Source of the DNA: a virus
Reading direction: 5' to 3' (one strand)
DNA length: 64,000 nt
IMG/VR virus record: IMGVR_UViG_3300029940_000031
Under the pieces are notes generated by a model. It saw only the letters and a list, made by a program, of their open reading frames with translations. It had not been told where the DNA came from and searched no databases. The position numbers were made by a program, and so were the translations under genes. Below are positions 1-8,899 of the stretch, piece after piece (the first letter of the stretch is position 1; each line of letters begins with the position of its first letter).

Positions 1-34
1 CGCAGCCTTCGCCACAACTACCACCATATCCCAT
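1..34 (-). CDS. 5' end of a small Gly/Cys-rich ORF running off the window (MGYGGSCGEGC...)
   Basis: Minus strand reads AGGAGG-N10-ATG GGA TAT GGT GGT AGT TGT...; only 11 codons are visible. Confidence 0.3.
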   Translation of the reverse strand, partial: MGYGGSCGEGC

Positions 35-153
35 AACAATAGTGCCTCCTTTAGATTAGAGGGTAAAACTAGGGTTCATTCCATGGATTTTAATGGGTTC
101 ACTTTACCTTATGTTTTCAAGAATGAATTGAGAAGGTCCTTTTGAAAATAGAG

Positions 154-178
154 AAAAGACGCCATAAGGCGCCTTCCT
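154..178 (-). terminator. Hairpin-only copy of the cassette 3' element
   Basis: Minus strand GGCGCC-TTAT-GGCGTC followed by a T-run; same hairpin type as the copies at 951, 1781, 6631 and 7543. Confidence 0.5.
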
Positions 179-234
179 TTTAGGTAGATAAGACTTTAGT
201 TTTCCAATAAAAAAGCCGTTAATTTGAGAATTAT

Positions 235-795
235 TTATTTTTGGATTATAAGAGTGCTCTCACATTTACGACAAGTAATCTTCTCTTCCTCAAAAATGAA
301 TAGATTTTCAGCATCACATTCTGGGCATACAACTGCAAATGGTGTTTTTATATTTTTATAGCATAGGAAAGAAAAGAATGCCATGATTAGAGCAGGTATA
401 ATAAGCATCATAATTAAGAATAGGCCCGCAAAAACGCCTGTAATTATGGAAAGTGGTTTCATTAGTTTTCTACCTACGGAGTTTACTTGATTATCCTTTT
501 TACGAAAAGCAGTAACAAGGTAAGTTTGGGTTTCTTTTACTGGCCTAAATGCATTTACCGTATTGCCATCTTGTTCATCCATAGTGGGATAGGAAGTGTT
601 TGGTCCTTGATATCCTCGTTGTATATAATAATTGTTTGACTCAGCTATTCGTGGTGTATACGAGATTCCAGTTCCAGGTACATAAGTTGTTGTTCTTGAT
701 TCAGGTGAAATAGAGTTCCCTCCCATACCTGTGTATGTAAAGTTAATTTTCACACCCGGAGAAAACTGGATAATTCTACGAAATTTATAACCCAT
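235..795 (-). CDS. Membrane protein with DUF4236-like N-terminus, one or two TM helices and a C-terminal CxxC...CxxC zinc ribbon
   Basis: RBS GGAGAGGA before ATG; N-terminus MGYKFRRIIQFSPGVKINFTYTGMGG resembles the DUF4236 signature; hydrophobic stretch; CPECD...CRKCES. Confidence 0.75.
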   Translation of the reverse strand: MGYKFRRIIQFSPGVKINFTYTGMGGNSISPESRTTTYVPGTGISYTPRIAESNNYYIQRGYQGPNTSYPTMDEQDGNTVNAFRPVKETQTYLVTAFRKKDNQVNSVGRKLMKPLSIITGVFAGLFLIMMLIIPALIMAFFSFLCYKNIKTPFAVVCPECDAENLFIFEEEKITCRKCESTLIIQK

Positions 796-950
796 AATAT
801 TGTATCCTCTCCATCTAATTAATATAATTATTTACTAATTATAACATTTTTTAACTTAATATTAATATATTAAGTTAAAACAGAATAATAAAAAAGAGTA
901 ATATTGAAGTTTACTAATTTAAGGCGTTTTAGAGTCCTTTTTTATAAAAA

Positions 951-1037
951 AAAAGACACCCAAAGGTGCCTTCCGACTTGAACCACTTTAATTTTAATAA
1001 TATGTATTGGACTCCCGTCCAAACATTATTTTACTAC
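951..1037 (-). repeat. Cassette 3' element, full-length copy (conserved ~65 nt plus terminator)
   Basis: Near-identical to 1781-1871, 6631-6719 and 7543-7633; lies 3' of CDS 1092..1610. Confidence 0.85.
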
Positions 1038-1091
1038 CTTAAGTAATGTCAGTTGTTAAGAAAAAAAGGCACTCTTTCGAGTACCTTTTTC

Positions 1092-1610
1092 CTATTCTAC
1101 TTTTAAATTAATTTCTTTACCTGTCATACCGCCACTAGCTTTTAAGAAAAGTCCTTCAGCATCTTTTGGTATATCAAATACAATTTTCCCTGTCTGTGTT
1201 AGACCAGGATTTAATTGTTTTAAGAAGAAGTCAGTTTTTCCACCGTTAGCTAAGTCAAAAGATGATTGACCTTGTACAGAAGATGTGAATTCACGACCTT
1301 TGTTATCTACCAATTTAAAGCTGTTAGTATCAACAGTGATAGCGTCTTTTTGATTATTAGTAAGTGTAACTTCTAAAATCTTAAAGACACCTTGTGCTTG
1401 TTCTTTTGAGTATTCATTACCCACAGAATCTACTGTTTCCATAGATCCTACAGAGATTTTCACATCAGAAGATACACCTTCTTTTGATACCGCTTTAGTG
1501 TCTGTTGAAGTTTGTTCTGTTGAATCTCCACCACCAGCAACCATAGCAATTATTCCGATTACAAATAAAGCTATAATGCCTAGGCATCCAAACTTAAATA
1601 TTTTTCCCAC
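1092..1610 (-). CDS. Membrane-anchored extracellular protein, DUF4352-like Ig-fold domain
   Basis: GTG start after GGAGG; N-terminal TM; pattern FKILEVTLTNN...NSFKLVDNKGREF...NPG...GKIVFDIP typical of DUF4352. Confidence 0.8.
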   Translation of the reverse strand: MGKIFKFGCLGIIALFVIGIIAMVAGGGDSTEQTSTDTKAVSKEGVSSDVKISVGSMETVDSVGNEYSKEQAQGVFKILEVTLTNNQKDAITVDTNSFKLVDNKGREFTSSVQGQSSFDLANGGKTDFFLKQLNPGLTQTGKIVFDIPKDAEGLFLKASGGMTGKEINLKVE

Positions 1611-1674
1611 GTTTGTTCCTCCAATTATGTAAAATGTAAGATTGCCACGTTAATAATAACAAATTAAATATCTT

Positions 1675-1696
1675 TATATTGTCATATTATGTCGAA
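1675..1696 (-). promoter_or_regulatory. Shared upstream motif (gene-sense TTCGACATAATATGACAATATA), copy 1
   Basis: Two 10-bp direct half-repeats (CGACAnAATA / TGACAATATA) about 65-85 nt upstream of the start of 1092..1610; followed by conserved GTTAT-N17/18-TACATT just before the RBS. Confidence 0.6.
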
Positions 1697-1780
1697 AGGA
1701 AATAAAAAGATAGTTTAGAAGTTTTAGACTATATTTCTGTCCTATAATTTATTTTTCCCATCTATCTCTTATTCATAAAG

Positions 1781-1871
1781 AAAAGACACCCTAAGGTGCC
1801 TTCCTCTGACTTGAACCATCTTAATTAAAATAATATGTATTGGACTCCCATCCAATTATTATTTTACCATG
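1781..1871 (-). repeat. Cassette 3' element, full-length copy
   Basis: Begins 25 nt after the stop of 1896..2531; same sequence as the other copies. Confidence 0.85.
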
Positions 1872-1895
1872 TTTATTATCTGTTTTATTAAATTA

Positions 1896-2531
1896 TTACT
1901 GGGCCTCTTGCTCACCTTTAGCTTTCATTTGTTTTTCATATACATATTTTGCTGTTGAAAAATCAGTAGGAAAATCACGTAGTGCCTTATTTATAATATT
2001 TAATTCTTCTTGCGACTTAATTTCAATGTTATTTAAATAGTCAAATGCTTTGGATTGTTTATTTGCAACATAATTTTGAGTAGAATAATCATCTGGGAAG
2101 TCTTTCTTAGCTTTTTCTTTAACCTTATTCATAGCTTCTGTTTTGTCGATGTTCTTTACTGGGTTCGCTAATGTTCCAGTAGTTTGTTCCGGTTTAGGTA
2201 CTTCTTTCTTTTCCGGTTGAGACTCCGGCTTTACGTCTTCTTTTTTAGGCTGTTCTTGTTCTTGCGGTTTAGGTGTTTCTTGACTCGGCTGTGTAGTTTG
2301 TTGAAGTGACCTAGTTTGCTCTTTTTCATAGGAGTCTACTTTAGATTTCAACTCTTTGATTTGTGTTTTTAATTCTTGCTGTTCATTAAAGTGTTGATCG
2401 ATAAGTTTATCCATATCTTTTTGTGAATACTTAGGTTTCATATCTTCTGATTTGGAATCTTTAAAAATAGCTACGGAAGCAATGATAGCTACTAGTACAG
2501 CGATAATTCCAATGATTAGTTTTTTGTTCAT
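1896..2531 (-). CDS. N-terminally anchored coiled-coil, Pro/Glu/Lys-rich surface protein with two C-terminal DFPxD(Y/F)ST..YV repeats
   Basis: RBS AGGAGG; TM IIGIIAVLVAIIASVAIF; low-complexity PKPQEQEQPKKE linker; internal repeats DFPDDYSTQNYV and DFPTDFSTAKYV. Confidence 0.8.
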   Translation of the reverse strand: MNKKLIIGIIAVLVAIIASVAIFKDSKSEDMKPKYSQKDMDKLIDQHFNEQQELKTQIKELKSKVDSYEKEQTRSLQQTTQPSQETPKPQEQEQPKKEDVKPESQPEKKEVPKPEQTTGTLANPVKNIDKTEAMNKVKEKAKKDFPDDYSTQNYVANKQSKAFDYLNNIEIKSQEELNIINKALRDFPTDFSTAKYVYEKQMKAKGEQEAQ

Positions 2532-2593
2532 TTATGTTCCTCCTAAAATACAATAATATTATTATATAACAATTAAATGATTGTAGGTAGAAA

Positions 2594-2641
2594 AAAAGAC
2601 ACCCAAAGGTGCCTTCCTCCGACTTGAACCATCTTAATTTT
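2594..2641 (-). repeat. Cassette 3' element, truncated copy (terminator half)
   Basis: AAAAGACACCCAAAGGTGCCTTCCTCCGACTTGAACCATCTTAATTT, then diverges. Confidence 0.75.
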
Positions 2642-2744
2642 GAAAAATGGCATTGAAGGAATTTCTTTATTTATAACTATATTAGGGATGTTAATAATGG
2701 TATTTTATAGTGATATGAAAAAATTAATTATTAATGAATTTAAA

Positions 2745-2796
2745 ATAAAAAGAAGACCGAACTAGAATAACAATCTAGTTCGGTCTTCTTTTTATT
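2745..2796. terminator. Bidirectional intrinsic terminator
   Basis: 16-bp stem AGAAGACCGAACTAGA / TCTAGTTCGGTCTTCT flanked by A- and T-runs; 3' of 2827..3120. Confidence 0.8.
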
Positions 2797-2826
2797 TGTT
2801 TACTTGGAAAACTTAATTAAAGTTTC

Positions 2827-3120
2827 TTAATTATTACTTGTTCGCCATCCTTCATAATGGCCTGTCCATGAATTTTTACTTACTTCAGTTGCTCCTTTTA
2901 AATACCAAGTCACTCCATCCCACTCTTTTACAGTAGGTATTTCCCCTTTTGATTTGTAACCAGGAAAGTCTTGTTTTTCTTTTTTCTTAACAAAACTTTT
3001 TTTATTATCAATCGTTTTTAATTTTACACCTGTATCAGTAGGTGTTTCCGCAAGTACTCCTCCAGCACCAGATAACATAATTCCAGTTGCTAATGTTCCA
3101 ATTATTACTTTCTTGAACAT
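2827..3120 (-). CDS. Small secreted protein (Sec signal peptide)
   Basis: RBS GGGGG; MFKKVIIGTLATGIMLSGAGGVLA signal, almost the same as that of 56283..56714. Confidence 0.75.
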   Translation of the reverse strand: MFKKVIIGTLATGIMLSGAGGVLAETPTDTGVKLKTIDNKKSFVKKKEKQDFPGYKSKGEIPTVKEWDGVTWYLKGATEVSKNSWTGHYEGWRTSNN

Positions 3121-3422
3121 GAAAAATCCCCCTTTTTTGGAATGAATATTACATAAATAACAATACCATATTATTTGTATTTTCTAACATTTGAATTTAT
3201 TTATAAATATTTAATTGAATATTCAAACTATACAATTAAAATGAAAAGATTTAAAAATAATTAGTTCTATTAGTAGTGAATCTCAAGTCAATGATTGGAA
3301 GAAAACTAAATTATTTATGGGGTAAGAAGTATAGAACTCAAACTTTTTTTTGAATTTATATTCAAAAGTTTACTTTCAAATTAGAAAAGGCTAGTCCCTC
3401 GATACCCTTTTTGGAAATAAAG

Positions 3423-3462
3423 AAAAGACACCCTAAGGCGCCTTCCTTCGACTTGAACCACC
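3423..3462 (-). repeat. Cassette 3' element, truncated copy
   Basis: AAAAGACACCCTAAGGCGCCTTCCTTCGACTTGAACCACC; no intact gene lies in front of it. Confidence 0.7.
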
Positions 3463-3927
3463 TCATATTAATGCAGTATAAATTAATAAAATAATTTATA
3501 TAAATATTTTGTTATACTTCCATGTCCCCTAGCTGATATAATGTATAAGGAAATTATTGGCTAATTAATAGTACATATATATTTGGTGTACTGCCAATAT
3601 CTTAACGAAAATACATACTAAGCAAGATTTGACATGAAAAAGCGTTGATTTTACTACTCTTAGCGATATCTCCAACAAATGCACTTTAATGTAAAAGATG
3701 CGCCTTCTCCAGTAATTATGGATGATATTTTACTGATTTTTATAAAGATGAATTATAAGAGGTTTACACTCTTATTTATAAGCATCTAATATTTTTGGAT
3801 ACACACACATTAGATAGATCTAAAAGGGCTGTTATAAACGAATATGAGAAGCCTTTTTAAAAGATATTTTCTGGTTTAATATTTTTATTAGAAATGAAAT
3901 GTTTGTTTTTTAAAGGGGGTAGCGATA

Positions 3928-5505
3928 TTGATAAGATTTATAATGCTTGATAATAAACAAAATGAATTTAATTTCAAAAATTATACAGATGAATTAATGC
4001 GTAAAGTTGAACAAACTTTAAATTTAACACACTTATCATTTAATCATACTGAGGAATCTAAACGTAGTTGTTCTCTAATCTTAGCTGAAAAAGAATATTT
4101 TGTTGACTTTAGCATTATGTTTAATCTGCTTGGGGCTGATCAACTAAGAGTAGATATTTCAACAAAAGAAAATACTGCTGTTGATAAGGATTTACATGAT
4201 TTGAAAATAATGTTGAAAGACCTAATGGTAGAAGAATGGATGCAATGTGTTTGGCTTGTAGATTATCAATCAGAAGAATTTGCTGAAGATCTATATAAAA
4301 ATATTCACTCTGTTGAAAATAGTTTACGACGTCTAATTAATGCTGTTTTATCTCATCATTTAGGAATTGAATGGTGGAGTTTCATGCCCACTCACTTAAC
4401 AAAAAAATATTCCCAAAGAATCAATGGTTATCGAGAGAAAGCACCAGGATTTAAAGATGTCTATGCAAATTTGTTATCCATTGATACTAGCGATTTGATT
4501 AGCATTCTAAAATTCAAGACATATAAGATAAAAAGTCAATCAATTTTTAACACACCTGACCCTTTTTCACCTGATTCATTGGTTCATAATCCAGCTCTTG
4601 TTCAATTTCAATATATTATGAGTGATATTATAAATAATGATAAATCAATAGAAGATCATAGAGCTGATTTGACTAAATTATTAGAGGAACAAATGGAAGT
4701 AGATATAGATTTTTGGGAAAGTTTTTTTTCTCCATTATTTTCTTGTACACTAAGGGAGTTTAGTGGGAAATGGGAGAATTTTAGTAAGGATAGGAATCAC
4801 GTAGCTCATAATAAGTTAATTGATGATAAGCTCTATCGAAAATTTAAGAGGGTTATGGATGATTTATTTGGGAAAATAACCGAAGCAGAGGAAAAGTTTG
4901 AGGAGGTTCTAAAAATAAAATCTGATGACTTCCTAGAATATATGAAGATGTACGAAGCTGAAAATCTTCATAGAGTCCAAATCGAATCTAGACAGGCCAT
5001 TGCAGAACAGGCAGGAATAGAGATTCTGAGTCAAGATCAAATCTTTTTCTTATTTCTAGAGCATGTTCATGAAACTTTTGGAAATATTAGCGATACAATT
5101 TACTATAGAACTGATATTGATGTGACTTATGATGAACCTGAAACATTAGAATCAGAAAAGATATTCGAGGTTAAAAATAATATTCTTGGAACAAGTATAC
5201 ATGTAGATGCGGATACACTAATAGACGAAGAAGTTGGATGCACTAGTACATTGAAACTATCAGTTTATTATAATGCTAATCTCAAGGAAAACTTTGAAAT
5301 TAGTTTTTTAAATGGTGAGGCAGAATATAATGATGATCAAGGTACTTATATGCCTAAAATAGCAGATGAGCTTGACGTTTCAGATTTAGAAAAAATAGAG
5401 AATTATATCTTTGGATTATTAGAAAAAGAGATGCCAGAGATTTCTGAGGATGATCTTGCTTCCTTTATTCGTGAAACTATAAAAAGAAATTCTGGAGATT
5501 TTTGA
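3928..5505 (+). CDS. HEPN-domain protein (predicted RNase) with unassigned N- and C-terminal regions
   Basis: TTG start 8 nt after GGGGG RBS; helix-1 ENSLRRLI (~aa 130) and DRNHVAHNK = R289-x4-H294, the Rx4H HEPN motif in its RNxxAH form (R codon at nt 4792-4794). Confidence 0.7.
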   Translation: MIRFIMLDNKQNEFNFKNYTDELMRKVEQTLNLTHLSFNHTEESKRSCSLILAEKEYFVDFSIMFNLLGADQLRVDISTKENTAVDKDLHDLKIMLKDLMVEEWMQCVWLVDYQSEEFAEDLYKNIHSVENSLRRLINAVLSHHLGIEWWSFMPTHLTKKYSQRINGYREKAPGFKDVYANLLSIDTSDLISILKFKTYKIKSQSIFNTPDPFSPDSLVHNPALVQFQYIMSDIINNDKSIEDHRADLTKLLEEQMEVDIDFWESFFSPLFSCTLREFSGKWENFSKDRNHVAHNKLIDDKLYRKFKRVMDDLFGKITEAEEKFEEVLKIKSDDFLEYMKMYEAENLHRVQIESRQAIAEQAGIEILSQDQIFFLFLEHVHETFGNISDTIYYRTDIDVTYDEPETLESEKIFEVKNNILGTSIHVDADTLIDEEVGCTSTLKLSVYYNANLKENFEISFLNGEAEYNDDQGTYMPKIADELDVSDLEKIENYIFGLLEKEMPEISEDDLASFIRETIKRNSGDF

Positions 5506-5617
5506 GAATAATCTTGCTTTGTTTGTGTGTGAAAGGTAGGGGGAATTAACTACTTTAAAATAACAGTTTTTAAAGTAGTTAATTTATGTTTAATAATATA
5601 TAGAAGGTGAGAACATA

Positions 5618-6448
5618 ATGAATTGCAACAATGGTAGTTTTACTAACTATGCCAAACAAGATAAAAGTGGGTGGTACTTGCTTGTATGGAATAAAGAAAC
5701 TAATAAAATCGAGAAAAATTTCGATTATAAAAATATACAGAAAATAAAAGGTGAGAATATCACTACAACAGCCTTAAATTATTTGAAAAAGGATGGGTTG
5801 TTTCATACTGTTGATACGAAAAATGTATTGAAATATGAGATAACTCTTCTTTTTTATCAAAAAAAGAAAGTCACAAGTCGCTATATCATGAAATATAAGG
5901 AAAAAATAAACGCTATAGATGGTTATTATGATGGATGGGAATATACAGTGAAAAATGAGAATGGAGTGTTTGGAACTTATGATAAAGATTATACTTTCTG
6001 GGAAGCACATAAAGTTCCGCTATCACTAACCTTATTTCAGATATTTTGCATATTATGCTTGTATATATTTCCAGAGCAAATAACTATTTTTATTAAAGAA
6101 ATAATGTATAAGGACTACAATTTGGAAACTTATGATAAATATTATAATTTGTTAAGTGGAGTAGTTGCTTTTGTACTGTTTATTGTAGCAATAATCAATT
6201 CTACTTTTACTATAATAATTAAAGATTTGATTAAGCTGCATTATTTAAAAGATAATCAAATAAGAATTATTTGGTCAATTGTTATTTTTGAAATGCCTGT
6301 CCTCATAGCTACACTCATAACAGCATGGAAAATAAGTCAGGTTGTAGGAGGAGCAACTTTTAACTCACTGTTAATCTTTAGTATTATATTTATGATTATG
6401 AAAACTGGATTTACATACTTCTTAGAAATAGAAAAAAGGCAGAAATAA
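5618..6448 (+). CDS. Membrane protein: soluble ~140-aa N-domain plus 4 TM helices
   Basis: RBS AAGGTGA; four hydrophobic helices in aa ~145-270; co-directional with 3928..5505 and shares its terminator. Confidence 0.75.
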   Translation: MNCNNGSFTNYAKQDKSGWYLLVWNKETNKIEKNFDYKNIQKIKGENITTTALNYLKKDGLFHTVDTKNVLKYEITLLFYQKKKVTSRYIMKYKEKINAIDGYYDGWEYTVKNENGVFGTYDKDYTFWEAHKVPLSLTLFQIFCILCLYIFPEQITIFIKEIMYKDYNLETYDKYYNLLSGVVAFVLFIVAIINSTFTIIIKDLIKLHYLKDNQIRIIWSIVIFEMPVLIATLITAWKISQVVGGATFNSLLIFSIIFMIMKTGFTYFLEIEKRQK

Positions 6449-6486
6449 TTAAAGGTAGTGTTTAGTGACAATAAAATTGTTTAAAA

Positions 6487-6524
6487 AGATGGTATGGAAT
6501 TTAGATTCTCATACCATCTTTTGT
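6487..6524 (+). terminator. Intrinsic terminator of the HEPN/TM pair
   Basis: AGATGGTATG ... CATACCATCT 10-bp stem followed by TTTTGTT. Confidence 0.85.
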
Positions 6525-6630
6525 TACTTCTCTGTATAATAAAAAATGAATATTTCAAGCTAACGAATTAGCAGTTTGCTATTTAATTTATATGAGTCGT
6601 GCATATTCTGCGGGGCTTTTTTTCATAAAG

Positions 6631-6719
6631 AAAAGACACCCAAAGGTGCCTTCCTCCGACTTGAACCACTTTAATTTTAATAATATGTTGGACGCCAATC
6701 CAAATATTATTTTACCATG
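6631..6719 (-). repeat. Cassette 3' element, full-length copy
   Basis: Begins 32 nt after the stop of 6751..7461. Confidence 0.85.
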
Positions 6720-6750
6720 TTAATAAATATTGGTCATTGAGAAATGACAG

Positions 6751-7461
6751 TTAGTGTTTTTTTACATCCGGTTTCTTTTGTTTTAAAAATGAAATTAGTA
6801 CGTATGCATTTTTAGAATCATCATAAGAAAAATGGCATATAACTTCTTCTGCGTAAAGGTCCCATTTAAAGGATTTACCTTTACCCCCGGATCCAGGGGC
6901 GCCATTACCTTTGTCTCCATCAAATGCAGCAACAACTTCATCATATGTCATGTACTGTTTCAATGAATTATATGACTTGAGTTTATCATAATAATTTTTA
7001 TTACCTTTAAACTCTTCGAGTTCCTTGATTTTATCGTTTAGTTCTTTTTCTTTTCTTGTGTTATCGGAAATAATTCTATCTACTTCTTCTTCGGAAAAAG
7101 TTTTACTTCCAGTTGTGGTATTCGCTCCTTGAATGTTTGGTGCTATCAATGCCATTCCAAAGAATAAGCTGATTGATACTAAAAATGTTAGACCAGTAAC
7201 AATAAAAGTCTTTTTAATAGGCTTTTTATTTATTAATTTAACAAGCGCAATAATAAAAGTAACGATGGTAACCAGTACGAATAAATAGAAAAACCATACT
7301 AATGTCTTAGTGAAAGAATAGGTAAGTATATCAGGATGATCGTATTCCAGTTCAGATACGATCGTGAATATGGTGAAAAATGTAATAACGAAAAATACTA
7401 TAATCCCCGTAATTATAGTTACCAGTGATTGTTTTCTTGTCAGGTTCATAAGTATCTTCAT
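6751..7461 (-). CDS. Polytopic membrane protein (about 4 TM) with coiled-coil and a C-terminal soluble domain
   Basis: Start moved to MKILMNL (ATG 7461) because GGAGTGA sits 5-6 nt upstream; the track ORF extends to 7485. Confidence 0.75.
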   Translation of the reverse strand: MKILMNLTRKQSLVTIITGIIVFFVITFFTIFTIVSELEYDHPDILTYSFTKTLVWFFYLFVLVTIVTFIIALVKLINKKPIKKTFIVTGLTFLVSISLFFGMALIAPNIQGANTTTGSKTFSEEEVDRIISDNTRKEKELNDKIKELEEFKGNKNYYDKLKSYNSLKQYMTYDEVVAAFDGDKGNGAPGSGGKGKSFKWDLYAEEVICHFSYDDSKNAYVLISFLKQKKPDVKKH

Positions 7462-7511
7462 CACTCCAAATGTAAGATTTCTCAACCAAGCATAACAAAT
7501 TCAGTTACAAC

Positions 7512-7533
7512 TATATTGTCAGATTATGTCGAA
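7512..7533 (-). promoter_or_regulatory. Shared upstream motif, copy 2
   Basis: Gene-sense TTCGACATAATCTGACAATATA, then TTGTTA-N18-TACATT, then RBS of 6751..7461. Confidence 0.6.
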
Positions 7534-7542
7534 AGGTAAGAA

Positions 7543-7633
7543 AAAAGACACCCTAAGGTGCCTTCCTCCGACTTGAACCATCTTAATTTTAATAATATGT
7601 ATTGGACGCCAATCCAAATGTTATTTTACCATG
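7543..7633 (-). repeat. Cassette 3' element, full-length copy
   Basis: Begins 44 nt after the stop of the FRG gene. Confidence 0.85.
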
Positions 7634-7677
7634 TTTAGTTGTTTCACACATTGAGAAATGTTATTCGAATCTATATT

Positions 7678-8847
7678 TTATTGAAATTTACTTGTTATGT
7701 ATTTCGCTATATTGTCATAATCTCCATAAATAAATTTACCATTAATCCCTATAAAATTAAGTTCATCAAGAATTTTTTCTTTATTGTTAATGACAACTAC
7801 TTTATCGGGCACAATTCTTTGTATACCTTCAATATAAGGATTATTTATAAATTGACCACTCTGAAGATAATTTTGATATATAAATAATCCTTGTTGGTTA
7901 CGTCCCCTTTCAAAAGTCAATATAGGAGCATATTTAAAATTAGGAAGTATATTTAACCATGCGTTCTTATTCCCTGGTCTGTAATGTATGCTATGTAATA
8001 CTTCTTGTAGATAGACAGTGTAGATGAATATTGTCCAAGAAGGATTTTGTATCTTTTCACTTAGGTTTTTAAATTTCTTTAATTCTAACAACTTCATACA
8101 AGGTTCAAAGAATGCCATTTCATATAGACCTTCATCGTAAGGAGGAAACTTATTTACATCTATGATTGGCATTTCTGATGATATAAAGAAAGATTCAATC
8201 TGTTCATGAAGATCAGCATTTTGTTTTTTTAAGCAATCATAAAATATTTCAGGATGTTCGGTTTCGAATCTTAAAAACGCACCATACATATCTAAGAATA
8301 TATCGTCATTATTAGATGCAAATATTTCTAATATATTCGCATCTTCAAATTTAGTTAAAATGTTTGTAATATCAATAAATTTATCTTTAAACAAATATAC
8401 GAATCCTCTTTCTTCATCTAGCTGTTCTTCATTTGTATCTTTCGGATTTTTATAATCTTGACACGCGAAATATAAGGCTACTAGGGGTGAGGTAGTTACA
8501 TCAATAAGGTTTGTTGGAATCCCATGATGTTGAGAAAAAGCCGAAAAATGAGTACGTTCATCAGGTGTTAATTTGTACCAAACTTCTTTTTTAAACTCTT
8601 TTTGCATATTAAGAAAGGTATTTGCGTTTTTAGTTCCTTGTTCTGATCTATAACCAGGGGGTGTTGTATTTCTTAATCCTGAAGAGAAAGTTTCATGATA
8701 ATTGGTTGGCTCTCCTCTAAATAAATAATTTGTAAATTCCCCACTAGAGAATAAATCTATATACTCAGCTAAGTTCTTTATTTTAGTTACAGCAGGTGTA
8801 TGAAGACCTGTTGTTTCACGGTGCAAATATTGATTTGTATTTGTCAT
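7678..8847 (-). CDS. FRG-domain protein
   Basis: Start set at MTNTNQY (ATG 8847, RBS GGAGGT); hallmark FTNYLFRGEPTNY plus HHGIPTNLIDVT, as in FRG-domain proteins. Confidence 0.75.
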   Translation of the reverse strand: MTNTNQYLHRETTGLHTPAVTKIKNLAEYIDLFSSGEFTNYLFRGEPTNYHETFSSGLRNTTPPGYRSEQGTKNANTFLNMQKEFKKEVWYKLTPDERTHFSAFSQHHGIPTNLIDVTTSPLVALYFACQDYKNPKDTNEEQLDEERGFVYLFKDKFIDITNILTKFEDANILEIFASNNDDIFLDMYGAFLRFETEHPEIFYDCLKKQNADLHEQIESFFISSEMPIIDVNKFPPYDEGLYEMAFFEPCMKLLELKKFKNLSEKIQNPSWTIFIYTVYLQEVLHSIHYRPGNKNAWLNILPNFKYAPILTFERGRNQQGLFIYQNYLQSGQFINNPYIEGIQRIVPDKVVVINNKEKILDELNFIGINGKFIYGDYDNIAKYITSKFQ

Positions 8848-8863
8848 GATAACCTCCAAAATC

Positions 8864-8891
8864 AAAATAATAAAAGCACTCTTCTGAGTGC
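8864..8891 (-). terminator. Terminator of the TM2 gene
   Basis: Minus strand GCACTC-AGAA-GAGTGC followed by TTTTATTATTTT. Confidence 0.75.
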
Positions 8892-8899
8892 CTAGACAA

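Noticed and set aside
951-7633. GGTTCAAGTC inside the cassette 3' element as a tRNA T-arm or tRNA-derived att site
   Set aside because: The flanking bases do not form a T-stem (GATGG versus CGGAG). There is no acceptor stem, anticodon arm or CCA context. I therefore kept it as a repeat of unknown nature.
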